Positions 11,420 to 22,325 of a stretch of DNA of 64,000 bases are shown here, piece after piece. The DNA comes from Ginglymostoma cirratum. Lineage: Eukaryota. The DNA is taken from contig JAHRHZ010000012.1 of the NCBI GenBank assembly GCA_024137785.1, positions 27,760,138 to 27,824,137 on the forward strand, read 5' to 3'. A model generated the notes under the pieces. It saw only the letters and a list, made by a program, of their open reading frames with translations. It made no database searches and was not told where the DNA came from. The position numbers and the translations under genes were made by a program. How positions within the stretch are numbered: the first letter of the stretch is position 1; the number at the start of each line of letters is the position of its first letter.

Positions 11420-12360
11420 AACAGAGTCAGCATGACTTCATGAAGGAAAATCATACCTGATAAATTTACTAGAATTCTTTGGGGACAGAACAAGCAGGTT
11501 AGATAAAGAGGAACCAGTAGATATCATATATTTGGATTTCCAAAAGGTGTTCCATAAGGTGCCACATTTAAGACTACTTCAAGAGATTGAGATAGGAAAG
11601 TACATCAGCATACGGAAGGGTTTGACTAATTAACAAAAGTCAGGATAAACATGGCATTTTCAAGATGGCAATCATAACTAGTGGAATGCCATAGGAATCA
11701 GGCAATCGGCCCAAAATTACTTGGCAATATGCTAATGACATGCTGGATGAGGGATCTGAATAAACTATAGCCAAGTCTGTCGATGAACCAAAAAAAAGTG
11801 GGAAGACAAGTGGTATCTAGGAGACAGTCTGCAGAGGGATGTAGACAGGTTAATTGAATGGGCAAAAATTTGGCAGTTAGAATATAACTTTGGCAGGAAG
11901 AATAGAGGAGCTGAACATTACCCAAATGGTGAAAGATTGCAGAAAGTTGCAGCACAGAGGGATGAGAGAGTCCTTGTGCATGAATCACAATAACGTAACA
12001 TCCACATTCCGAGGACAATAGGGAAAACAAATGGAATGGTGGCTTTTGTTTCAAAGGGAATGGATTGTAAAAATATGGAAGTCTTGTCAAAACTATACAA
12101 CGCACTAACTGAACCACACCTAAAATACTTGAAACAATTTTGGTCCCCTTTCTAAAGGGGATGCATTAGCATTATAGGCAGTGTAGAGAAGATTCACTCG
12201 TCTGATTCCAAGTATGGAGGAAGTTTGTGAAGACAGGTTGAAGGCCTGTACTCATTGATGTTTAGAACAATGTGTGGTGACTTTACTGAAATATAAGTTT
12301 CTTAAGGGGCTTGACAAGGCAGATGCAGAGTTGTTCTCTCTCATTGTGGGAGAATCTAGC
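11420..12360 (+). mobile_element. CR1 RT to C-terminal region, degenerate
   Basis: QHDFMKENHT*..LLEFF, YLDFQKVFHKVPH, 'ctatacaacgcactaactgaaccacacctaaaatact' (LYNALTEPHLKY). Many stops. Confidence 0.85.
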
Positions 12361-13109
12361 ACTAGAATTAGAATCCCTGCAGTGTGGAAGTAGGCCATTC
12401 AGCCCATTGAGTCAACACCATTAATTAGGGGGTCACCCAGTTAGGTGAAACTCCATTCCCTAGCTATTGGCTGATCCTTCAACAAAAGTCTGAAGCTGAA
12501 CTAGACTGTTTACCAATTACAAATCACATTTCATCCCAAAATGAGCTTCCAACCACAAGTGTGGTTACCTGAAGCTGGAAGAGCAGCAGCGGTAGAAATA
12601 GTTGTAGGGAGGTTGAAGTGACATGAAGGAGTGGTGAAGATAAAGCAGGCAGTGATATCACAAGGCAATGAAACCAGGGGGTAAAGAGTTCAGAGTAGAG
12701 CAGCACAGGGAGGACAAAATCAGAGCGGAGAGGAAAGAGAAACAGCAACAGAAACTATGCATCATATAGATGTTGGGCACGGAGCAAAGAATCTAAAATA
12801 AGAATAACTTAATAAGGTTTTAAAACAGTAAACTTGTTTTTGAAGTCCAAAGTTTTAATTCTTATAAATTTCACTCCAAGTCCAATAAATAAAGGTATGG
12901 CAGGGCACCCATCTAACGTGTATCCTGTTCAATGTTGAAACTCCAGCCACTCCTTCAGTCACAGACAACTACTTGGGCACGAAATATGGGAGAAGCTCAA
13001 GCTCAGGGTTTCTGGAACTCAAATGGCAGGTGCCATTCCTTCACTGCTGAACGTTTTGTAGCTAGCACGTTCTAAAAGATGGTCAGCCTAGAGCTCAAAA
13101 ACATGCCGG

Positions 13110-13275
13110 CAGAGGAAATTAGTGGCAAAAGACAATCAAGTAGCAGCCTCAAGCCATTTCCTGACCTAACCGACATTCCATTCTGAACGGTGGTGAGGGC
13201 AATGGCTCTTCTAGGGAGTGTAGCAGGAGCCAAGCCCATGACATCAAGGCTGGCTCAGTTATACAGGAGATGGCA
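13110..13275 (+). mobile_element. Probable CR1 ORF1 fragment
   Basis: 'gccatttcctgacctaaccgacattccattctg..ggtgagggcaatggctcttctagggagtgtagc' resembles the CR1 ORF1 'AIPLSNRYSIL..GEGDGLSGECS' segment. Confidence 0.45.
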
Positions 13276-13284
13276 GAAAGATAT

Positions 13285-13620
13285 CCTGGAATTGTCACTA
13301 TACTAGTAATTCAGAGATCTAGGAAACATCCTGTGGTCCTAGGTTTGAATCTTGCCATAGTAGATGGTAGAACTTGAATTCAATAAAAATCTGAAATTAA
13401 GAGTCTAACGATGATGACATTTATTGCTGGAAAATCTTATTGTGTTCATTAACGACCTTTAGGGACGGAAACTGCTGTCTACACCTGATCTGGCCTCCAC
13501 ATGACTCCTGACCCAAGCAAAGCAATGTGGTTGACTCCTAAATGCCGTTTGAGCAGTTAGGGATGGGCAATAAATGTTGACTTAGCCAGCGACACCAACA
13601 TCCCATGAATGAATTTTTAC
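13285..13620 (+). mobile_element. SINE-like family-B deletion derivative (second copy)
   Basis: Collinear with 8352-8655. Degenerate B-box ggtttgaatct at 13342-13352, same body-to-tail junction, tail 'gggatgggcaataaatgttgacttagccagcgacaccaacatcccatgaatgaa'. Confidence 0.85.
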
Positions 13621-14094
13621 AAGGAAACACAATTGCATCCAAGGCATCGATATAGCTCGCAAGCAGTTTTGGCCCAAGTACTGATGCGTGTGGAACTCCA
13701 ACAGCAATAGCCTGCCATTCTGAAAATTATTCAGACTACCTGATTTCTGCCCATGAACCAATTCTCAGCCAGGTTAACAAAGCTAGTACAATTCAATGGA
13801 TGCTCTCCTGGTTCAATCTCACTTAAAGAATTCCCATCCCTCCTTTTACCCCAGAGATCCAGGTAAACCAGTTGACACTGTGATTAAAACAATGTATCAT
13901 AAATAAATCCAGAGATCATCCTAAAAATCCAGCAGAAAGAATCAAAACAAAAAAAGATAAAAATCATCATTCAATAAAACACAAAACTGAACTAAAAATG
14001 CTATGTTCCCAACTGGAAGTCATTGAATAGAATTTTTTTTTGAACTGTTGCTTCAAAAACAAACTAACCATATTGCGCGCATACATTTTACCCT

Positions 14095-14325
14095 ACAATT
14101 CAGTAAGGCTCCTCTGGAAGCATCTTTAAAACCTGAAATATTTACCATTTAAAAAGGATAAAGGCAGCAGATGCACCACCTACGCTCCACTCCAAGCTAC
14201 ACATCATCCTGACTTGGAAATGTATCACTGCTTCGATCCAAACCCTGGAGCTTGGTAACAGCACAGTGGGTATACTTCTATGACACTGACTTCAGCAGTT
14301 CTAAAAACAGCTCACCACCAACTTC
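14095..14325 (+). mobile_element. Family-B 3' fragment
   Basis: 'aaggcagcagatgca..catcctgacttggaaatgtatcactg..cagctcaccacca', cf. 22050-22240. Confidence 0.75.
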
Positions 14326-16748
14326 GACCATCAGATTGTACCATAGGCCCCACAATAGTCAGCAGGAATTTGAGGAGCAAATATGTAGGAAGATTACACA
14401 TAGCTGTAAGAATAGTACGGTTGTAATAGTACAGGATTTTAACTTTCTAAACATAGACTGGGACTGCGATTGTGTTGAGGGTTTGGATAGAGAGGAATTT
14501 CTTAAGTGCATTCAGGAAATTATCAATTAATATGTAGGTGGCCCTACTAGAGAAGGGGCAAAGCTCTCCTTCCTCTGGGAAAATAAGGCAGGGCAAGTGA
14601 CTGAGGTTTTAGTAGGGGAGCACTTTGGGACCAGAGAACATAATTCTATTAGCTTTAAAATAGCTATGGAAAACGGACAGGTCTGACCACAAGTTAAAGT
14701 TCTAAATTGGGGCAAGGCCAATTTTGATGGTATTTGACAGAAACTTTCAAAAGTTGATTGGAGGACATTGTTCGCAGGTACAGGCACAAGTGGAAAGTGG
14801 GAGGCTTTCAAAAAAAAAAAAAGTGAGCTAACGGGAGTTCGGGTCAGCACGTTCCTGTTAGTGAGAAAGACAAGGCTGGCAGGAGTAGGGAACACTATGA
14901 CTAGAGATAGCGAGGCTCTGGTCAAGAAAATGAAGGTGCTGTACATCAGGTATAGGCATCTGGGGTCAAGTGAGTTCCTCGGCATATAACAGGTGTGGGA
15001 GTACTTTTCAGAGGGAAAATTAGACAGGGCAAAAAGGGAACATGAGATATTTTTGGCAAATAAGTAAAGGAGAATACAAAGAGGTTCTACAAGTATATCA
15101 AGGGCAAAGAAGCAACTAGGGAGAGAATATGGCCCTTTTAAGATCAACTAGGTCATCTACACGCAGAGCCACGGGAGATGGGCGAGATCTAAAATGAATA
15201 TTTCTCATCAGTATTTATGGTGCAGAGACACTTGGGAGCTCGGGAGCACAAGAAAACAAATACTGATGTCTTGAAAAGGGTCCACCTTACAGAACTGTTG
15301 GGCCCGGAGAGGAGATATTTGTATCATCAACAGCCATGGGTGAGGTGCTGGAAGACTGGAGAGTGGCTAATGTTGTGCCATTATTTAAGAAAGGTGGTGA
15401 GGAAAAGCCAGGTAATCTGACTTCAGTGGTGGGTACATTGTTGGAGGGGAGTCGGAGAGACAGGATTTACATGCATTTGCAAAGGCAAGGATTGATTACT
15501 GATAGTCAGCTTAGCTTTGTGCATGAGAAATTGTGGCTCAAATTTGATTGAGTTTTTTTGAAGGAGTGACCAAGAAGATAAATAAAGGCAGAGTAGTAGA
15601 TGATGTCTATGCAAACTTTAGCAAGGCCTTTGAAAAGGTTCCACATGGCAGACTCATTAGTAAGGTTAGATCACATGGGATCCAGGGACAGCTTGATACA
15701 AAATTGGCTTGTCAGTAGGAGACAGAGGGTGGTGGTAAAGGGTTACTGTTCAGACTGGAGGCCTGTAAACAGTGGTGTGCCACTAGAATCAATCCCGGGT
15801 CCACTGTTGATCATTAATTATATAAACGATTTGGATGAGCACATAGGAGGCATGGTTCGTAAGTTTGCAGATGAGACCAAAATTGGTGGTATAGTGGACA
15901 GTGAAGAAGGTTTTTCCTCAGAGAACAACAGGATGTTGATCAACTGTGCCAGTGGGCTGTGGAACGGCAGATGGAGTTTCAATTCAATAAATGTGAAGTG
16001 TTGCATTTTGCTAAGACAAACCTGGGCAGGACCTACACAGTTAATGGTAGGGCTCTGGGGAGTGTTGCTGAGCACCGAGACCTGGGGCGCAGGCACTTAG
16101 GTAGACAGGTTGGTCAAGGCTGCGTTTGGCACACTTGACTTAAAAGCAGTCAGAGCACTGAGTACAGGAGTTGAATGTCATGTTTTCACTGTACAAGACA
16201 TTGGTAAGGCCACATTTAGAGTACTGCATATAATTCTCATTGCTCTGCTGTAGAAAGGATGTTATTAAATTGGAAAGGATGCAAAAAATTTTACAAGAGT
16301 ATTACCAAGGCTGGAAGGTTTGAGTTATAAGGAAAGACTGGATGGGCTGGGACATTTTTCCCCTGGAGTGTCAGAGGCTGAGGGGTGACCTTATAGAGAT
16401 TTATAAAATCATGAGGGGCATAGATAAGGTGAATAGCCAAGGTTGTTTCCCCAGCGTAGGAGAATCCAAAGCTAGAGGGCATAGGTTTAAGGTGAGAGGG
16501 GAAAGATTAAAAGGGATGGGCAGAGCAACTTTTTCACAGTTGTTGGTACGTATATGGAACGAGCTGCCAGAGGAAGTGGTACAGGTGGGTATAATTATAA
16601 CATTTAAAATGCGGACAAATACATGGAAAGGTTTAGGGCCTTTTGGTTGGCCAAACACAGGCAAATGGGGCAAGTTCAGTTTGGGAAACCTGATTGGCAT
16701 AGACGAGTTGGGCCAATGAGTCTATTTCTGTGCTGTATGAATGACTAC
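14326..16748 (+). mobile_element. CR1 LINE ORF2 (endonuclease to 3' end), pseudogenised
   Basis: YHRPHNSQQEFEEQICRKI..DFNFLNIDW (EN), EDWRVANVVPLFKKG, WRPVNSGVP..YINDLDE..KFADETKIGG (RT), RLRGDLIEIYKIMRG..RGHRFKVRGER, then a 3'UTR ending 'tctgtgctgtatgaatgactac'. Confidence 0.95.
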
Positions 16749-19374
16749 ATAATGCTAACCCTCTCAGGTATAATTAACCACGGGAAACAAAGTCAGGTCT
16801 TGTCCCACACAGAATAAAGAAACAATTTCACATATTATAGTACATCAGCGTGAATATCTTTTAGCTTTAGCCTATTCCCTCGAACTAGCAAAAAGGAAGC
16901 AAACACTTTTACAATATTCATTTGTATTTAATGTAGAGCAAGATAGCATACAAATGAAACCATGACTGCACTGGCATGAAATACATAACTCTCAGCGCCT
17001 AAAAACAAAGTGAAGACCATCAACCACCCATATACTATATTGGGTTAAAACCCTAAACCTAATTTTAGTCTACCCATGTGCAGACAGCTCCGTCATATAA
17101 CCACGATACTCAGTAGAACAAAGGAAGCAATACATCGACCGTTGCCGTACAGGCAGAATCTGAAACATTGCCAAGTTCACATTATTAATTCAACTCCGGC
17201 TTTACACTTTTAGCTTCAAAACTAGCACCTTAGGTAAATCTTTAAAAAGCCAAAATGTTATACTCAAAAGATCCTTTTTTTTATTACAATTGCAGATTAC
17301 AAAAATTTTCAAATGAAACTCCTTACTCTCCTCCATTAACCATCAGTATTCAAACTCAAGGAAATTCAAGGTTCATGAATATTGCAACAATTATCAAATG
17401 TACAAACAATTGTAACACAGCCATAGCTAGTTCCTCAGCTACTTCAATCTCGATCTTTGCTGCTTTCAACCTTAAGTGCCAGTCACAACGATGAACACGC
17501 TGAAACAAGCCAATAAGAACTTGAGACCTTAAGACTAAGAACCTGATCATCCAGCAACTGAAGACCTAAATTATTTTCAGTCAGCCAGGAGAAACAAAAG
17601 CTATTTCACTTGCTACTTTAACAACTCAAGGCTTCACAACTGGAGAATTTGAAATTACTGAAACAAAAAAGATCCCAATTACTTTAATTCAATATTTATT
17701 GATTTTTCACTTGCAGCTTGTAAAGCTCAGAAAGCAAGTATTTCACTAAAGTACGATGCCAATGAAACCTGTACTAAAAAGGTGATAATAACATGACCAA
17801 ACCAATAGCCTTCTCAGTTAATAGCTAGATTTTCATAACGGAGGTGGGAATTAGGAGTTAGATTTTTCCTGTGCAATCTCATCATGATCCAAAAACGGAA
17901 AGCAGGCCAGATATTCATCTCCTGGAAAGAGAGACGGCCTAGAACTGGGCTTGCTGGCCGAGATGCAGACAGTTTGATGTCAAGGCAGCCAGACTAACAG
18001 GCCCACCTCCATTCTCAGAGACATTAGCCAAGTTCCTCAGAGTGATGCAAAGCAGCTCACACCACCGCAATCCATTCACCTAACACTTCAATAAACAGAA
18101 CTCTTAAGCCTTAACTTTTGGAAGTCTTTGAAAACAACACAAATAGGCCTTTGTATACCCCTGACATATTTGAAAAGCTCACAAATCTCTCAAAATTAGG
18201 CACAGATTCATCAGGACAGCAATGTAAACAAACTCCGAAGTGCAAAGTCCATTATCACCTTTCAACGCAGCCAAAAAATCTTCCATCCATCACAGTTTTC
18301 AAGCAGTCAAGCTGATGCCTGAGCTCTTCTGCCAAAGAGAAGTAAAAGACGTGTGGAGCATTTAAACAGTTAGCTATTGATCTTGCATTGGGCTAGCCTT
18401 TAAATATTGTACAAATTGGAATAGTACTTTATCCAATGGATGAAGTATTCTAACATACCTGGAGAGGGATCCACGTTTCCTACACTGTTATTACACTTAA
18501 CCAGTTATCAAAAGGAAAGGACTGCCAACGATAGCTGGATTTAAAGGTCACTTAACTTTTCCAATCATAGCACTGGTCATCACTCACTGAAGTAAACCGA
18601 TTTAATTTATGGCATTTAATGATCAACTAGAAGGTAGACAAGACAATTTTTACTCATTTTTCACACTCTTCCCACCTCCAATCCATCATTAATATCTCTA
18701 TTCTGCATTTGTGATTCAAGAAGAATCCCAAAGTGCAGCTGCCTCATTGAAAACTACAGAAGTTCTGAAATGCCCACTTCCAGAATGATGCTCACAATTT
18801 CTAAAAAGCAACACACAAAGCTTGCACCTCTGCCTCTGTTCCAACTCTGCAGCTACTTTGCTCCCATTTCCAACGCTGTGCAAAATCTAATCTAATCTGT
18901 CAGAAATATCTAAATTTTATCTAAATTCCATTCTTTTAGTTCTGCTCAGAAACCAGCCTTTACTGTTCACTCAGCATTATTTTTAAGACATAGCCACACA
19001 TCAGCAACAAACTGTAATGGCTTTCAGGTGCATAGATTCAGAGACATATTGCAAGTTGTGTCAATCAATTGTCCTGATGTTCATCAATCAGAAGTGATTG
19101 AACTAGGTCTATTCTTTCGTTTTAATATTACATGGCAGTTGATGCAACATGTAATTGGTTAATAAATACAAGTAATCATATTAGCACAGTAAACTTACTA
19201 ACCGTGATGACACATTATAATGATAGATTAGTAAAATAGAATGACAACACAGAAAGAGGTCATCTAGCCTATTACAATGGTGCTAGCTCTTTGAAAAAGC
19301 TATCCTAATCTACTGCTCTACCCGCAGTCTCTCAAATTTATCCTTGTCATGTATTATCCAATTCCCTCTTGGCA

Positions 19375-22325
19375 GTTCGAATCCAGGTTTGAAACCTGCC
19401 ATGGCAGATGGTGGAATTTGAATTCAATTCTAAAATCTGGAATTAACAGTCTACTGATGACCAGGAAATCATACTGATTGTCAGAAAACCCATCTGGTTC
19501 AGTAATGTCCTTCAGGGAAGTAAATCTGCCACCCTCACTCGGCCTACATGTGACTCCGGACCCCCAGCAATGTGTTTGACTCTCAGTTACTCTCTGAAAT
19601 AGCCGAAGCCATTCAGTTGTACCAAATCAGTATAAAGTCTCAAATAAACAAAACCGGATGAATCATCTGGCATTAACCTACACACTGGAAAAGGCAACGG
19701 CAGAAGCAGCCCTGTCGACCCTGCAAAGTATTCCTCACTAACATCTGGGGGCTAGTGCCAAAATTGGGAGAGCTGTCTCACAGACCAGCCAAGCAACAGC
19801 GTGACATAGTCATACTCATGGAATCATACCTTACAGACACCATCACCATCCCTGGATATGCCCTGTCCCACTGGCAGGACAGACCCAGCAGAGGTGGTGG
19901 CACAGCGGTATACACAGTCGGGAGGGTGCTGTAAGAGTGGCCATCGCACAGTCCTTGTGGAGATGAAGTCCCACCTGTACATTGAGAAAAACCTCCGTCC
20001 TGTTGTGTGGCACTATCACCGTGCTAAATGGGACAGCCTTCGCACAGATACAGTGACTCAAGACTGGGCATCCATGAGGTGCTGTGGGCCGTGGGCCATC
20101 AACAACAGCAGAACTGTACTCCAGCACAATCTGTAACCACATAGCCTGACATATCCCCCACTCAACCATTACCATCAAGCCAGGGGATTATTTCTGGTTC
20201 AATGGAGAATGCATGAAGGCATGCCAGGAGCAGCACCAGGCAATCCCGAAGATGAGGCGTCAACCTGGTGAAGCCACCAAACAGGATTAATTGCAAAGCA
20301 AACAGCGAAAGCAGCAAGTGAGACAGAGCTAAGCGATCCCACAACCAACGGATCAGATCTAAGCTCCGCAGTCCTGCCACATCCAGTCGTGAATGATGGT
20401 GGACAATTAAACAACTCACTGGAGGAGAAGGCTCCACAAATATCCCCATCCTCAACGATGGAAGAGCCCAGCACATCCAGTGCAAAAGATAAGGCTGAGG
20501 CATTCGCGGCAACCTTCAGCCAGAAGTGCCGAGTGGATGATCCATCTCGGCCTCGTCCAGTGGTCCCCAGCATTACAGATACCAGTCTTCAGCCAATTCG
20601 ATTCACTCATGTGATACCAAAAAAATGATTGGAGATACTGTTTACGGTAAAGCTACTGGCCTTGACAACATTCCAGCAATAATACTGTAAACTTGTGCTC
20701 CAAAACCTGCCGCTCCCTCAGCCAAGCTGTTCCAGTACAGTTACAACACTGGCATCACCCAACAGTGTGGATAATTGTCTAAGTATATCATACATAAAAA
20801 GCAGGACAAATCCAACCTAGCTGATTACCTCTCCATCAGTCTACTTTCAATCATCAGGAAAGTGGTCAAAGGTATCATCAACAGTGTTATCAAACAGCAC
20901 CTTCTCAGTGACGCACAGTTTCTCGTGCCACTCAGCTCCTGACCTCTTTACAGCCTTTGGTTCAAACACAGACAGAAAAGAGCTGAATCCCCAAGGCTGC
21001 ATTCGACAGAGTGTGCCATCAAGGAGCCCTAGCAAAACTGGAATCAATGAGTATAGAGGGGCAAACTCTGTGGTGGCTGGAGTCATACCATGCTGATGCA
21101 TAGGAAGATGGTCATGGCTGTTTGATGTCAGTCACCTCTGCAGGAATTCCTCAGGGTAGTGTTCTAGGCCCAACCATCTTCAAGCTGCTTCATCAATGGC
21201 CCTCCTTCCATCCTAAGGCCAGAAGTGGAGATGTTCATCGATGATTGCACAATGTTCAACACCGTTCGCAACTCCTCAAACACGGAAACAGTCCGCGCCC
21301 AATTGCAACAATCTGGATAATTAAAGCCCAAAGAACTGTGGATGCTGTAAACCAGGAACAAAAACAAAAGTTGCTGGAAAAGCTCAGCATGTCTGGCAGC
21401 AGCTGACTAAGTTCCGAGGAAGGGTCACCGGAACCGAAACGTCGACTCTGATACTTTGTTCGCACATGCTCCCATACATGCTGAGCTTTTCCAGCAACTT
21501 CTGTTCAAGATCTAGACAATATCCAGACTTGGGCTGACAAGTGGCAAGTAATATTCGTGCCACAGAAATGCCAGGCTACGACCATCACCAACAAGAGACA
21601 AATCTAATCACCGCCCCTTGACATTCACTCATGTTACCATCACTGAATTCCCCACTATCAACATCCTGGGGGTTATCATTGATCAGAAACTCATCTGGAC
21701 TCACCACACAAACATTGTGGCAACACAAGCAGGTCAGAGACTAGGAGTACTGTGGCAAGTAATTCACCTCCCGGTTCCCAAATGCTTGTCCACCATCTAC
21801 AAGGCACAAATCAGGAGTGTGATGGAATACTTCCCACTTGCCTGGATGAGTGCAGCCCCAACAACACAAGAAGCTTGATGCAATCCAGGGCAAAGCAGCC
21901 CACTTGATTGGCACTCCATCTACAAGTATCCACTCACTCCACCACTGACGCTCAGTACACACTGCTGCTACTATCTAAAAGGTGCATTGCAGAAATTCAC
22001 CAAAAGATCCTCAGAGAACCTTGCAAACCCACGACCGGTACCATCTAGAAGGACAGCAGATACATGCGAACACCACCACCTTCACGTTGCCCCCCAAGTC
22101 CCTCACCACCCTGACTTGGAAATATATCGTCATTCCTTCACTGTTGCTGGGTCCAAATCCTGGAATTCACTCCCTAATAGCATTGTGGGTCAACTCACAG
22201 CAGGAGGACTGCAGCGGTTCAAGAAGACAGCTCATCACCACCTTCTCAAGGGCAACTAGGGATGGGCAAGTAATACTGGCCAGCCAGCGACACCCATTTC
22301 CCACAAGACAAATTTGAAAAAAAGT
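19375..22325 (+). mobile_element. Near full-length family-B LINE (single-ORF, CR1-Zenon-like) with internal deletions
   Basis: B-box-like gttcgaatcc at 19375-19384, then 5'UTR and APE start (QQRDIVILMESYL), RT motifs (QGSVLGPTIF; MFIDDCTMFNT), C-terminus GVIIDQKLIWTHH..LSTIYKAQIRSVMEYFPLAW, KSWNSLPNSIVG, and an A-rich tail at about 22316. Confidence 0.9.
21322..21505. mobile_element. Inverted (fold-back) Penelope-derived insert inside the family-B LINE
   Basis: Perfect 25-bp inverted repeat 21368-21392 / 21476-21500 flanking a hammerhead-like motif (ccgagga-agggtcaccggaacc-gaaac-gtc). Degenerate target duplication caatctggataat / caagatctagacaat. Confidence 0.85.

Noticed and set aside
14527-15147. 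206-aa minus-strand ORF
   Set aside because: It is the antisense shadow of the plus-strand CR1 ORF2.
17356-17550. 64-aa ORF with a helical-looking segment
   Set aside because: No donor site or homology was recognised, so it is probably a chance ORF.
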